Positions 27,608 to 37,592 are shown, counted from the first letter of the stretch. The stretch is DNA of 64,000 nt from Myxococcota bacterium (GCA_049322255.1 JBMORE010000127.1:1-64000); one strand, 5' to 3'. A program made the numbers and translations. Notes: generated by a model from the letters alone, not told the origin.

Positions 27608-30001
27608 ATGAGAATCCGTACACTGGTCCTCATTGCCTTCGCCGCGTTGAGCTGCGCGAAGGAGGACTACACCCGCCTCTATCGCACCGAGCCCAAGGCG
27701 CCTTCGCTCGATGCCGCGGAGATTGAGGCGCTCGCCCACCTAGGAGCAGTGCTGGTCGACAAGGGCGTCAACTTCTCGGTGTACTCCGAGCGCGCCGAGC
27801 GCATCGAGGTCTTGCTCTTCGACGACCCGGAGTCCGACCGGCCCACCCGTCAGTTTCCGCTGCATCGCTTCGGCGACGTGTGGAGCATCTACGTGGAGGG
27901 CGTGGGGTTGGGGCAGCACTACGGCTACGTCGCCTGGGGTCCCAACTGGACCTACGAGGAAGGATGGTTCCCCGGGTCGATTTTGGGCTTCAAGGCGGAC
28001 GTCGATTCGGCCGGCAACCGCTTCAACCCCAACAAGCTCCTCATCGACCCGTACGCCAAAGCGCTGCACCGTGACCATGAGTGGAGCAAAGGCAGCCCCG
28101 CCTCCGGCCCCAAGCGTACGGAGGTCGATTACGCGGCGGCGGCCAAGTCGCTCATCGTGCAAAGCAAGTACGAGTGGGGGCCGGAAGAGGTGAAGTGGCG
28201 AGAAAGCCGTCAAGACCCCAACTGGGTGGGCCACAGGTGGAACGACCTCATCCTCTATGAAGTTCACCTCAAGGGCTTCACCGCCAGCCCCGCGTCAGGC
28301 GTGGAGCACCCGGGCACCTACCGTGGGTTCGCCGAGAAGGCCGACTACTTGAAAGATCTGGGCGTCACCGCGGTGGAGCTTTTGCCCATTCACGAAAAGC
28401 CGATCGACGGCGGCTACTGGGGCTACCAGACGCTCAACTTCTTCGCCCCCGAGCTCAGCTACTCGTTCCGCAAAGAGCGGGAAGCAGTCATCGACGAGCT
28501 CAAGTTCATGGTCGAGGAGCTGCACAAGCGCGGCATCGAGGTGCTCGTCGACGTCGTCTACAACCACACCGGGGAAGGTGGGCTGTGGCGGAACAAGATC
28601 GAAATCGACGTCTCGCCCGACCCGGCGTTCGACGCCCAGCTGGTGAACTTCGACCCCAAGGAGATCGCTGGGCTCTACTCGTACCGCGGGTTGGACAACG
28701 CCGCGTACTACGCGCTCAACGTGGACGGGCAGACCTACTGGAACAACACCGGGGTGGGAAACCAGACCCGGCCCAACCACCGGCCGATGCGCAAGCTGAT
28801 CATGGACTCCCTGCGCTACTACGTCGAAGAGCTGCACGTGGACGGCTTCCGCTTCGACCTGGCGCCCGTCCTGGGAGAGAAGGACCTCGACTTCAACAAC
28901 TGGGACGATCCGAAGAACACCGTGCTGCAGGAGATCATCGACGACCCGGTGCTGCAGAAATACAACACCCGGATCATCGCTGAACCCTGGAGCGCCGGCG
29001 GCTGGTACGGGGTGAAGATTGGCGGTTTCCCCAACTCGACCAACATGCCCGGCAACGGTTGGTACGAGTGGAACGGCCGCTTTCGCGACTGGTGGCGCGC
29101 CTTTCTCAACGACGACAACTGGAAGCTGAATTCGACCGAGGTACAAGACGGTGGCTTCCTGATGACCGGCTCCTACGACTGGTACAGCTGGAACGGGCGA
29201 CGGCCCTATCACTCGGTGAACTTCGTCTCCGTGCACGACGGGTTCCCGATGTACGACCTGTTCTCCTACAACCAGAAGCAGAACAAGTGCGGGCCGCTCA
29301 ACCCGGTGTGCTGCGAGCAGCCCTTCTCGCCTTTCTGCGATCGCGATTCAGGAGAGAGCAACAACCGCTCGCGCGACTGGGGCCAAGGCGCCGAGGGCTT
29401 CAAGCGGCAGCTGATGCGCAACCTCTTCGTGGCGATGATGATCTCCCACGGGACGCCCATGCTCTACGGCGGCGACGAGTGGATGCGCACCCAGCTGGGC
29501 AACAACAACGCCTACTCCACCGGGGCGGACAACGAGTTCAATTGGTTCGACTGGGGCGCCTGGGAGGCCAACGACGAGCGCCACCGGATGCACGACTTCG
29601 TTCGACAGGTCATCCGCTTTCGCAAAGAGCACGCCTACGCGTTGGCACCGGCGGAGTACGGCAAGGGCGCGCCGTTCGCTTGGAAGAGCCCGCAAAACAC
29701 CGACCAGGTGAATTGGGGTGGTAAGGCGGTGATGATTCACTACCACGACAGCACTCAGGGCCCGGAGCTGGCCATCCTCATCAACATGGAGACCTTCTCA
29801 GTGGACTTCCAGCTGCCCCAGAGCCGTCCATGGAAGCGGCTTCTCGACACCCAGCAGTATTTCGACACGCCCGCGGCCATCACCAGCGCCGGGGGGAACC
29901 CACGGAAGACCGGTAACGCTTGGCTCGACGACCCCACGCCGATTCCGGGTACGGTCTACGGTGTTCCCAGCCGTTCAATCGTCGTGCTCGAGGCGCGCTG
30001 A
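27608..30001 (+). CDS. GH13 isoamylase/glycogen-debranching enzyme (GlgX-like) with a lipoprotein signal
   Basis: Lipobox AALSC; GVNFSVYS (CBM48-like), NPNKLLIDPYAK, DVVYNHT, DGFRFDLA, AEPW and VHDG; catalytic triad intact. Confidence 0.92.
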   Translation: MRIRTLVLIAFAALSCAKEDYTRLYRTEPKAPSLDAAEIEALAHLGAVLVDKGVNFSVYSERAERIEVLLFDDPESDRPTRQFPLHRFGDVWSIYVEGVGLGQHYGYVAWGPNWTYEEGWFPGSILGFKADVDSAGNRFNPNKLLIDPYAKALHRDHEWSKGSPASGPKRTEVDYAAAAKSLIVQSKYEWGPEEVKWRESRQDPNWVGHRWNDLILYEVHLKGFTASPASGVEHPGTYRGFAEKADYLKDLGVTAVELLPIHEKPIDGGYWGYQTLNFFAPELSYSFRKEREAVIDELKFMVEELHKRGIEVLVDVVYNHTGEGGLWRNKIEIDVSPDPAFDAQLVNFDPKEIAGLYSYRGLDNAAYYALNVDGQTYWNNTGVGNQTRPNHRPMRKLIMDSLRYYVEELHVDGFRFDLAPVLGEKDLDFNNWDDPKNTVLQEIIDDPVLQKYNTRIIAEPWSAGGWYGVKIGGFPNSTNMPGNGWYEWNGRFRDWWRAFLNDDNWKLNSTEVQDGGFLMTGSYDWYSWNGRRPYHSVNFVSVHDGFPMYDLFSYNQKQNKCGPLNPVCCEQPFSPFCDRDSGESNNRSRDWGQGAEGFKRQLMRNLFVAMMISHGTPMLYGGDEWMRTQLGNNNAYSTGADNEFNWFDWGAWEANDERHRMHDFVRQVIRFRKEHAYALAPAEYGKGAPFAWKSPQNTDQVNWGGKAVMIHYHDSTQGPELAILINMETFSVDFQLPQSRPWKRLLDTQQYFDTPAAITSAGGNPRKTGNAWLDDPTPIPGTVYGVPSRSIVVLEAR

Positions 30002-30008
30002 GGAAGAG

Positions 30009-31961
30009 CTACCCGTTGTTCATGAACACGGTGTACGACGTGCAGGTCGGGGTGCTGGTCGCGGTGCGGTAGACCTTGATGATGAAGTCGGCCCCGTCGT
30101 CGCCGGTTCCCGAGCTGTCCTTGCGAAAGCTTCGCACGCCGCATACCTCGCTCGAGAAGTAGCAATCGTTGTCGTGCGAGCCGGTGCCGTGCCGGTAAAC
30201 GCACATGAAGATGCCCGGGTCGGTGCTCGAGAGGCTGATGCGCACGTCGAAGTCGTCGCTGAACCACTGGAACTTGTCCTCAGCGAAGAAGCGAATCAGG
30301 TCGATGTCGTCTTTCTGGGGAATGATGCCGGTGTGGTTGCTCGACGAGCCGGAGTCGGAGAGGGTGCCCTTGTAGATGGAGCTGGTGCAGAACGCGCCGG
30401 GGTCGGTGCCTACTTCGCGGCACTCGCAGCCGTTCGTCGCACTCTGATCGGTGTCGTACCAGCCGGTGTTGCAACTTCCCACCGCGCACGAGCCGCTGGC
30501 GCAGTCGGGCGTGCCGTTGGCGATGGGGCAGCCGGCCTGGCAGGTGCCTCCCTCGGCGGCCAGCGACACCTCGCGAAAACCCATCACCGGGTCATCGGAC
30601 TCGACCGAGACGAAGCCGGCGAAGGTCGCTGCCGCCTCGGAGCGGAACTCGACGTCCACCGCCATGCGCTGGTCACGCTCCAGCACCGCCGGCAAGGAGG
30701 GCAGGTTCTTCAAAGTGAAGAGGGTGCTCGAGCCGGAAACCAGAATGACGTTCTTGACGGTGAGGGCTCCATAACCGGTGTTTCGAATCTCCACCGGCCT
30801 GGTCACCACCCACCCCATGGGAACGATGCCGAAGTCGATCGTCCCTGGGCTGAGCGTCGCCCTGGGCTCGGTGATGGTGCCCACTACCCTGAACTTGAGC
30901 GCGGGGGTCTGTGGGTCGTCGGAGGTGACCGTCACCTCCGCGTTCACCCCGCCGGCATTCACCCCGTTGATCAGAATATCCACCCCCACCTTCCCCAACG
31001 GCGGCAGCGTCGCCGAGCTTTGGCCGCCCGCAAGCGCCACGCTCACGTTCCCTGAGGCATCGGTCACGCTGACGGCGGCGATGTTCAGGTCCACCCCGCC
31101 CTGATTCACCAGCGTGGTGTGCAAGGTCTTCTGTTTGGTGCGGGCCAGCTCTCCAAAGCTCACGTCCTTGGCTGGGTCGAGCGCAATGCGCGCGGTGGAG
31201 ATGCTCGTTCCCTCGACGGTGATGATCGCCGGCTCCACGTCGCTGACACTCGGCGTCACCACCACCCGCGAGCGCACGTAAGACTCGGCGGCGGGGGCGA
31301 AGGTGACCGGCAGCCCCACCTTCGCGCCGGGTACCAAAGACGTCAGCACCGGCATGGAAGCACGGAAGGAGGCGTGCTCCGACTCGACCTTGGCGATCTC
31401 CACCGCCACGTTGCCAAAGCCGCCGTTGGACAGCTCCACCTCGAGTGTCTTCTCGGTCGCTGCGCTCACCGCGCCAAAGGCCAGCTCGGAAGGCGTGGCC
31501 ACCAACACCGGCTCGCCCACCAACCTTCGCACCAGCGGAATCTTCAGCACCCCGGGAGGAATGCGGTCGTCGCTCTCCACCGGAGAGGCGTCGGTATAAG
31601 TGACGGCGACCTCGAGATTCTTCGAGCTGGGCGCGCCCTGGGGCGTGTAGCGCACGTCGAGGGTGAAGCTGCTCTCCACCCCGAGGATGAACGGCGCCTC
31701 CTCGCTGGAGATCATCGTGAAGTCGCCACTCTCGTCCTCGAGCTGAATGCGCTTGATGGCGACCCGTCGCTCCCCCATCACGCTCACCCGGATGGTCTGC
31801 GCGGTGTCACAGCCGGGAGTGACACAGGTGAACGCCAGCCGCGACGGATCGGCGGACAGGCCGCGCTCGCGGACGACGGGAGTGCTCGTGGGCTCGGCGG
31901 GAGCGCAGGCGAAGGAAACGGTCATCAGCGCGGGGAGGAGACGTAAGCCCTGGGAGTTCAT
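30009..31961 (-). CDS. Lipoprotein with tandem ASH/choice-of-anchor-D Ig-like domains and a Cys-rich C-terminus
   Basis: Lipobox SFAC; repeated P..L.FG.V...(S/N)GG...L.I modules and SDDP motifs. Confidence 0.75.
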   Translation of the reverse strand: MNSQGLRLLPALMTVSFACAPAEPTSTPVVRERGLSADPSRLAFTCVTPGCDTAQTIRVSVMGERRVAIKRIQLEDESGDFTMISSEEAPFILGVESSFTLDVRYTPQGAPSSKNLEVAVTYTDASPVESDDRIPPGVLKIPLVRRLVGEPVLVATPSELAFGAVSAATEKTLEVELSNGGFGNVAVEIAKVESEHASFRASMPVLTSLVPGAKVGLPVTFAPAAESYVRSRVVVTPSVSDVEPAIITVEGTSISTARIALDPAKDVSFGELARTKQKTLHTTLVNQGGVDLNIAAVSVTDASGNVSVALAGGQSSATLPPLGKVGVDILINGVNAGGVNAEVTVTSDDPQTPALKFRVVGTITEPRATLSPGTIDFGIVPMGWVVTRPVEIRNTGYGALTVKNVILVSGSSTLFTLKNLPSLPAVLERDQRMAVDVEFRSEAAATFAGFVSVESDDPVMGFREVSLAAEGGTCQAGCPIANGTPDCASGSCAVGSCNTGWYDTDQSATNGCECREVGTDPGAFCTSSIYKGTLSDSGSSSNHTGIIPQKDDIDLIRFFAEDKFQWFSDDFDVRISLSSTDPGIFMCVYRHGTGSHDNDCYFSSEVCGVRSFRKDSSGTGDDGADFIIKVYRTATSTPTCTSYTVFMNNG

Positions 31962-31973
31962 GACGCGCTCCTC

Positions 31974-33695
31974 CTACTGGGCGGTGAACGCGCCGTTGGC
32001 GCGCACCAAATCGGCGGCGTACACGGTGGTGCCCTTGCTGCCGAGCGACACCGTCTTTTCGTGCACAATCGTGCCGTTCACGTACACCCGCACGGTGGCA
32101 GCAGTGCTCGAGTGGTCGAGGCAGACGTTCTGAATCAGCTTGCCCACGTCTTGACCGTTGATCGGGCCTCCCACGCCGCCGGTGAGGTAGGCGATCAGCA
32201 CATCGACCGAAATCCCGAGGATTCCCGCGAGCAGGGCGGTGGGCAGCGAGGAGCAGTCCTCCATGTACTGGAGCATCACCCGGTAGGTGCCGTCGACCTG
32301 GGCGTCGGCGAGCACGATGCGCTCCGGCTCCTCCTTGGGGCCGAAGGAAATCCACGACGGGTTGCCGTAGTTGCCCCAGTTGGTGGGGTTGGGGTTCTGC
32401 TTGTTGCAGACGTAGCCGAACGGGTGCTCGAGCGTCATGTCCACGTTGCGAATGTCGCTGTCGAACGCGCCGTCGGAGCCGTTTTCGTAGGTCATCTCCA
32501 CCTTCACCACTTGCGGCCCGGGGCCGGGTACTCCCGTGGCGCTCACCGCGATGGTCACACTCGGCCGGGCGGGGTCGTTCGAGCCAAGCAAGAGCAGGCC
32601 GTTGATCGGCCCGGTGGTGGTCGCCGTCACCGCCACCTGCAGCTCGGTGTACGCCCCGGGAGCGATGGGCGGAACCAGGGTCGGCACCGCGAAGAGGTCG
32701 GTGTTGGGGTTGGCTCCCCCCCACTTGTAATCGACGATGAGCGGCGCTCCGCCTTGGTTGTCGATGGTCAGCGGCCGGGTGACGGTGGCGCCCAAGGGCA
32801 CCTGCCCTAAGTCGATGGTCAGCGGCGTGACGTTGAGCTTGGGAGGGGTCGCGGCGTTGCCTCGCACCGGAACCTGCACCGGCCCCTTGCTGGTTTCGAG
32901 GAGCAGCAGCACTTCATGCTGGGTGGTGGAGCGGGGGTGGTACTGAATTTCGAAGGAGAGCACGGCTCTGGGGTCGGTGCTCACCGGCGCCAGCGTGGTT
33001 GCCTCCGTGGGAGGGTTCACCAGCTCGAAGTCATCGGTGTCTGGAGGAGAGATGACCACCGATTGGACCACCAGCGACGCCACCCCCGTGCCCTGGTTGG
33101 TGATTTGAATGGTCTTGCTGGCTGACCGCCCTTGGGCGACGTAGCCGAAGTCGACCGGGTTGGGAGCGACCCGCAGCTCCGGCACCCCGAGGAAGTTGGC
33201 GTGAAGCGGCACGCGCAGCTCGCCGAACTCGCGGTCGTCGCTCAAGATGACCAAGTCGTCGGCGTACCTGCCCACCTGGGTCGACTTGAAGGTGAGCTGC
33301 ACGTCCTTCTTGCGGCCGGGGAAGATTTCCAGCGGGAAGTTGGCCGGGTCGCACACGTCGCAGCTGAAGGGGGTGGCGCCCGCCTTGGCCAGCGAGGCCT
33401 CGAAGACGGTGAGGGTGCAGTTACCCAGGTTGTGCAGCTCGATGGTCATCGAGACCTCGGCGGCGTCGATGTCTCCAAAGGAAGCGGCATGGGGGGCGGG
33501 CTGCAAGATGGGGTTGCCATCCACCACCACCTCGCACGACTTGGTCTCGGCGGGAATGCAGCGAAAGTCTTCGCACAAAAGGCCGCTGTCGCAATCGACG
33601 TCCTCGCGGCAAGCCGCCTCGACGAGCTTTTCACCGCGGCATCCCCCCAGGAGGGCGAGCGCCGCCAGCACGGTAATATTGAGGTGGCGAACCAT
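31974..33695 (-). CDS. Lipoprotein with ASH/choice-of-anchor-D Ig-like domains and a C-terminal YfaP/DUF2135-like domain
   Basis: Lipobox LGGC; PVDFGYV...ITNQG repeats; C-terminal DMTLEHP...PERI.L...GTYRV. Confidence 0.7.
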   Translation of the reverse strand: MVRHLNITVLAALALLGGCRGEKLVEAACREDVDCDSGLLCEDFRCIPAETKSCEVVVDGNPILQPAPHAASFGDIDAAEVSMTIELHNLGNCTLTVFEASLAKAGATPFSCDVCDPANFPLEIFPGRKKDVQLTFKSTQVGRYADDLVILSDDREFGELRVPLHANFLGVPELRVAPNPVDFGYVAQGRSASKTIQITNQGTGVASLVVQSVVISPPDTDDFELVNPPTEATTLAPVSTDPRAVLSFEIQYHPRSTTQHEVLLLLETSKGPVQVPVRGNAATPPKLNVTPLTIDLGQVPLGATVTRPLTIDNQGGAPLIVDYKWGGANPNTDLFAVPTLVPPIAPGAYTELQVAVTATTTGPINGLLLLGSNDPARPSVTIAVSATGVPGPGPQVVKVEMTYENGSDGAFDSDIRNVDMTLEHPFGYVCNKQNPNPTNWGNYGNPSWISFGPKEEPERIVLADAQVDGTYRVMLQYMEDCSSLPTALLAGILGISVDVLIAYLTGGVGGPINGQDVGKLIQNVCLDHSSTAATVRVYVNGTIVHEKTVSLGSKGTTVYAADLVRANGAFTAQ

Positions 33696-33872
33696 AGGCA
33701 GCCCCTTGTTGTCCGGCCCGTCGGGCGTGTACCGCCTCTTTCGAGGTGGTTGCAAGAGGAGCAGGATTTGCCCTTGGTTATCGAAGAAAGGTGGGCGGTG
33801 GTTGCCACACACGGGTTTCCACCTCTTTTCACGTGGTTACACGGGTCGCTGGGCTATAAACCCAAGCTTTCG

Positions 33873-35351
33873 ATGAGAGCGGCCTTCCTCTTCTTGGCGC
33901 TTTTGCCGCTGGCCGCGTGGGCGGATGCTCCCAGCGATCGTTTCAGCGCGGGTGGGTACTTTCGCGTGATGACCCGCCCCGACTTCCAGGGTGGGGATTC
34001 GAAGCTGGGCTTTTGGAACCTCTATGGGCGGCTCTTGAACGAGGGGCCCTACGGTGCGCTGGAGCTCAAGCTCGACGTCTTGCAAGCGCAGCCGGGTACC
34101 CGCGAGGTGTGGGCCAGCGTGCACGCCAAGCTGGAGGGAGGCTCGTTTGCCAACACCGACGCGGGCAACGGCAGCTTGGCTCGATTTCGCGCCAGCCAGC
34201 TCTACGTCAAGGCGGGGAACATCCTCTTCGATCGGGTGACCTGGCAGCTGGGCACTCTGGAGAACTGGTTCGGCGACTTGGGGCTGTACGACCTGCGGCC
34301 GGCATCGCTCTTCACCGACACCGTGGGCTTGTCGGCGCGCTACCAGCTGGACTGGGTGGAGCTGCTCCTGGGAGTGGGCGATGCGGGCTTCGCGGTGCGC
34401 GGGCCGCGCTACAACACCCTGTTCACCACCGGCGGCAGCGCGCGCTTTCGTGTCGGACAGCACCTCGAGCTGGGCGTAGGCGGGCAGCTGTCACACGAGC
34501 CGGCGGTACGGGGAAACCGCTTCGCGCCCTACGTCACCCCGGGGCTCGACTACGAGGACTACCTTCGCGGCGAAGTGGCGATGCGCTTTCTCGAAAATCA
34601 TCCGGGCCAGGCCGACTTGTTTCCCAAACCCGAGGCCACCAGCGCCACCAGCTGGAAGGCCGTGGGCTACTTGGGGTTCGGCAAGCTGGGGCCTTTGCGC
34701 TGGAGCAACCTCTTCGTCAGCTACCGCCGCCTGCATCCCGAGAGCTTCGTCACCGAGACCTTCGATGGCCGCGAATTCACCCTCTACCCCACCGCGCTCA
34801 CCGACGAGCGCACCCAACTGATGGTGGGCAACGAGATGCAGCTTCGGCTGTGGCCCGAGCGGCTCGACGCGGTATGGGCGGTGCTCTACGGGCGCGACGC
34901 CAATCGAGACAACACCATCGCCGCCGGAGACGACAACCGCGAGTACTACTCGACGGTGTTGCGACTTCAGCTGTACCTGACGAGCACCGTGCACCTGCTC
35001 GCCGAATCGAGCGTGGCGAGGGAGAAATCGCTCAACGGCAACCTCTACCGCGAGCATGCCGACTCGGTGTTCAAGAACAGCGGCGGCGTTCCCGACAGCC
35101 GCGGGCTGGAGCTCGGCGACACCGACACCCGCAACACCTGGCAACTGAAGACCGGGGTGGTGCTCAACCCCACCGGGCTGGGCGTCTACACCCGGCCCTC
35201 GCTGCGGTTGCTCTACGGCTTGCAGTACTCCAACCAGCAGGCTGCCTTCGGCAACGGCTTCGTGGAGAGCCTGGATCAATACAACGTCTTCCCCAGCCCC
35301 GAGCGTCACTGGCACTCGGTGGTGGCGATCGAGGCCGAGGCATGGTTCTGA
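33873..35351 (+). CDS. LamB/maltoporin-like carbohydrate outer-membrane porin
   Basis: Signal peptide ending AWA; GYFR...GRLLNE (cf. LamB YRLGNE); C-terminal RPSLRLLY...EAEAWF. Confidence 0.75.
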   Translation: MRAAFLFLALLPLAAWADAPSDRFSAGGYFRVMTRPDFQGGDSKLGFWNLYGRLLNEGPYGALELKLDVLQAQPGTREVWASVHAKLEGGSFANTDAGNGSLARFRASQLYVKAGNILFDRVTWQLGTLENWFGDLGLYDLRPASLFTDTVGLSARYQLDWVELLLGVGDAGFAVRGPRYNTLFTTGGSARFRVGQHLELGVGGQLSHEPAVRGNRFAPYVTPGLDYEDYLRGEVAMRFLENHPGQADLFPKPEATSATSWKAVGYLGFGKLGPLRWSNLFVSYRRLHPESFVTETFDGREFTLYPTALTDERTQLMVGNEMQLRLWPERLDAVWAVLYGRDANRDNTIAAGDDNREYYSTVLRLQLYLTSTVHLLAESSVAREKSLNGNLYREHADSVFKNSGGVPDSRGLELGDTDTRNTWQLKTGVVLNPTGLGVYTRPSLRLLYGLQYSNQQAAFGNGFVESLDQYNVFPSPERHWHSVVAIEAEAWF

Positions 35352-37573
35352 CCCAACACTCCCTCTCCCTCTGGGAGAGGGTCGGGGTGAGGTGCGCCAG
35401 TTCTTTCGTCGTTCTCCTCACCCTCTCCTGCCTCCCCCGCGCAGCGGTACACCGTCTCCCGCAGTCCACCCCCGTCGCCGTCGCCTACGTGATGGATTCC
35501 TCGTACGGCCCGGGTGCGGCTGACGTCCCCCCGGCGTTGCGGGCACGGGTGGCGGCCGTGCTGGCCGAGCGGAACCTCGAAGCGCGCGACATTCCCTTCG
35601 ACGCTTCGGGACCCGCCTTCTCGACGGTGCGTGACTCGCGGCGGCGGTACCAGAAGGCCGTCGAGCTCGCGGGCGAGGCGCCGTACGTGCTGTTGGTGGA
35701 GACCAAGGCGTCCTTCTTCTCCCAGATGCAGGGGCGCTACCGGTGGATGGTGTATGCCCAGCTCACCGCGGGGAAGCGCGACGGCGGCGAGGCAGTGTCG
35801 GCGGCGTTCGACCAACCGGCGTTCGTGGACTTCGACCACGAGCGAGAGCCCGAAGCGCTCACCGTGGCCGCGCCGGACATCGCGCAGCGCGCGGGCTCCT
35901 TGTTCGACAGCTTCTTGGGCACACCGACGGCGGCGAAGCCCTCTGCCGATGCCATCTACTTCGTGATGGTCGACCGTTTCGCCAACGGAGATTCGGCCAA
36001 CGACGGCGACATCGACCTGATCGATCCGGCGGCTTTCCATGGAGGAGACCTCGAGGGTGTCCTCACCAAGCTCGACGAGCTCCAGTCGCTCGGGGTGCGC
36101 ACCGTGTGGCTGTCGCCGGTGTTCCAGATGCGCACCTCGAAGTTCTACGGGTTCGGCGCGTTCCACGGCTACTGGGTGGAGGACCTCCGCCGCGTCGAGC
36201 CGCGTTTCGGGGGAGAGGCAGCGCTGGTGAAGCTTTCCGAAGAGCTTCGCCGCCGCGGCATGCGATTGATGCTCGATGTCGTGCTCAACCACGTCGGGCC
36301 CGAGGCGCCGCTTTTGAAAGAGCGCCCGGAATGGTTCCACGGCAAAGGGCCGATCAACGATTGGAACGACGTCGTCCAGCTCACCACCCACGACGTGCAC
36401 GGGTTGCCGGATCTCGCGGTGGAACGCGAAGACGTCTATCGCTACCTCCTCGAGGCCTCGGTGGAGTGGGTGAAGAGGCTTCGGCCGGCGGGGTTTCGGC
36501 TCGATGCGGTGAAGCACATGCCCCTGTCGTTTTGGCGGCGCTTCAACGAGGAGGTGCGGCGCGAGGCGGGCCCGCGCTTCTCGATGCTCGGAGAGATGCT
36601 CGACGGCGATCCGGCGGTGCTCGCGCGCACGCAGCGCGAAGGCAAGTTCGATGCGATGTTCGACTTCCCTCTGTATTTCGCGCTGGTCGACGTCTTTTGC
36701 AAAGGCCGCTCCCCGGCACGATTGGGAGCGGTGCTCTCGCAAGACCGGCTCTACGACGATCCTCTCTCGCTGGTGACATTGGCAGACAACCACGACTTGC
36801 CGCGGGTGATGTCCGACTGCGGAGGAAACGTGGAGGCGGTGAAACAGCTCCTTTCGGTACAGCTGTCGGCGCGGGGCACTCCCTCGCTCACCTACGGCAC
36901 CGAAGCGGGCCTCACAGGAATCAAAGAGCCCGAGAACCGCGGGGACATGCGCTTTGGCGACCACCCGCTCAAAGCGCACATCAGGGAGCTGCTCTCCTCG
37001 CGCGCGCGTCACCCGTCCTTGCGCGAGGGCGCGCCGTTGGTGCTCGAGGCGAGCGAAGACCTCTACGCCTACGCACGGTTGACGCCGCGCGAGATGGTGG
37101 TGGTGGCGGTGAACCAAAGCGAGGCCCCCCACGCCATTCATGTTCCCCAGGCGTCATGGGAGGACTTGCTCACTGGAAGGAGCCTCGCCGCCGTCGATGT
37201 GCCCGCGCGCTCGGTGCGCTTGGCCCTGGCCCAGGGTGACTTCGGCAAGTGGTACCAGCAGGCGCTCGCCCAGTGGCGTGGTAAGAGTGAAGCACGCGAG
37301 GTGGAGGTGCATGCCCAAGGAGCCCCGGGAAAGGTGTACCTCATCGGTTCGGGCGCCGAGCTAGGAGCGTGGAACCCGGCGCACGCGATCGGCCCCGCTG
37401 ACGAGAACGGCGTGGTGCGCACCAAGCTGCCGGTGGGGAGCGTGTACGAGCTCAAGCTGGTGGTGCGCTCCGAGAGCGGTGAGCCGACGTGGGAGGGCGG
37501 CGAGAACCGAGCCCTCTTCGTCGCCGCCGGCAATGGGCCGCTCCGGCTCGAGGTGAACTGGCGCAAGAGCTAA
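35342..37573 (+). CDS. Lipoprotein GH13 alpha-amylase with an extra N-terminal domain and a C-terminal CBM20
   Basis: Lipobox LTLSC; IYFVMVDRF, HGGDLEG, FHGYW, DVVLNH, GFRLDAVKH, GEMLD and DNHD; CBM20-like GSGAELGAWNP...WEGGENR. Start is ATG 35342 or GTG 35387. Confidence 0.9.
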   Translation: MVLTQHSLSLWERVGVRCASSFVVLLTLSCLPRAAVHRLPQSTPVAVAYVMDSSYGPGAADVPPALRARVAAVLAERNLEARDIPFDASGPAFSTVRDSRRRYQKAVELAGEAPYVLLVETKASFFSQMQGRYRWMVYAQLTAGKRDGGEAVSAAFDQPAFVDFDHEREPEALTVAAPDIAQRAGSLFDSFLGTPTAAKPSADAIYFVMVDRFANGDSANDGDIDLIDPAAFHGGDLEGVLTKLDELQSLGVRTVWLSPVFQMRTSKFYGFGAFHGYWVEDLRRVEPRFGGEAALVKLSEELRRRGMRLMLDVVLNHVGPEAPLLKERPEWFHGKGPINDWNDVVQLTTHDVHGLPDLAVEREDVYRYLLEASVEWVKRLRPAGFRLDAVKHMPLSFWRRFNEEVRREAGPRFSMLGEMLDGDPAVLARTQREGKFDAMFDFPLYFALVDVFCKGRSPARLGAVLSQDRLYDDPLSLVTLADNHDLPRVMSDCGGNVEAVKQLLSVQLSARGTPSLTYGTEAGLTGIKEPENRGDMRFGDHPLKAHIRELLSSRARHPSLREGAPLVLEASEDLYAYARLTPREMVVVAVNQSEAPHAIHVPQASWEDLLTGRSLAAVDVPARSVRLALAQGDFGKWYQQALAQWRGKSEAREVEVHAQGAPGKVYLIGSGAELGAWNPAHAIGPADENGVVRTKLPVGSVYELKLVVRSESGEPTWEGGENRALFVAAGNGPLRLEVNWRKS
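35361..35392 (+). repeat. BoxC/REP-like repeat, copy 3 (at the amylase start)
   Basis: CCCTCTCCCtctGGGAGAGGGtcGGGGTGAGG. Confidence 0.85.
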
Positions 37574-37592
37574 ACGGCTATGCTTTCGGCTC

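Noticed and set aside
33917..35341. 1218-aa ORF suggesting a giant amylase fusion
   Set aside because: The N-terminal part is an off-frame shadow of the porin gene; the amylase starts at 35342 or 35387.
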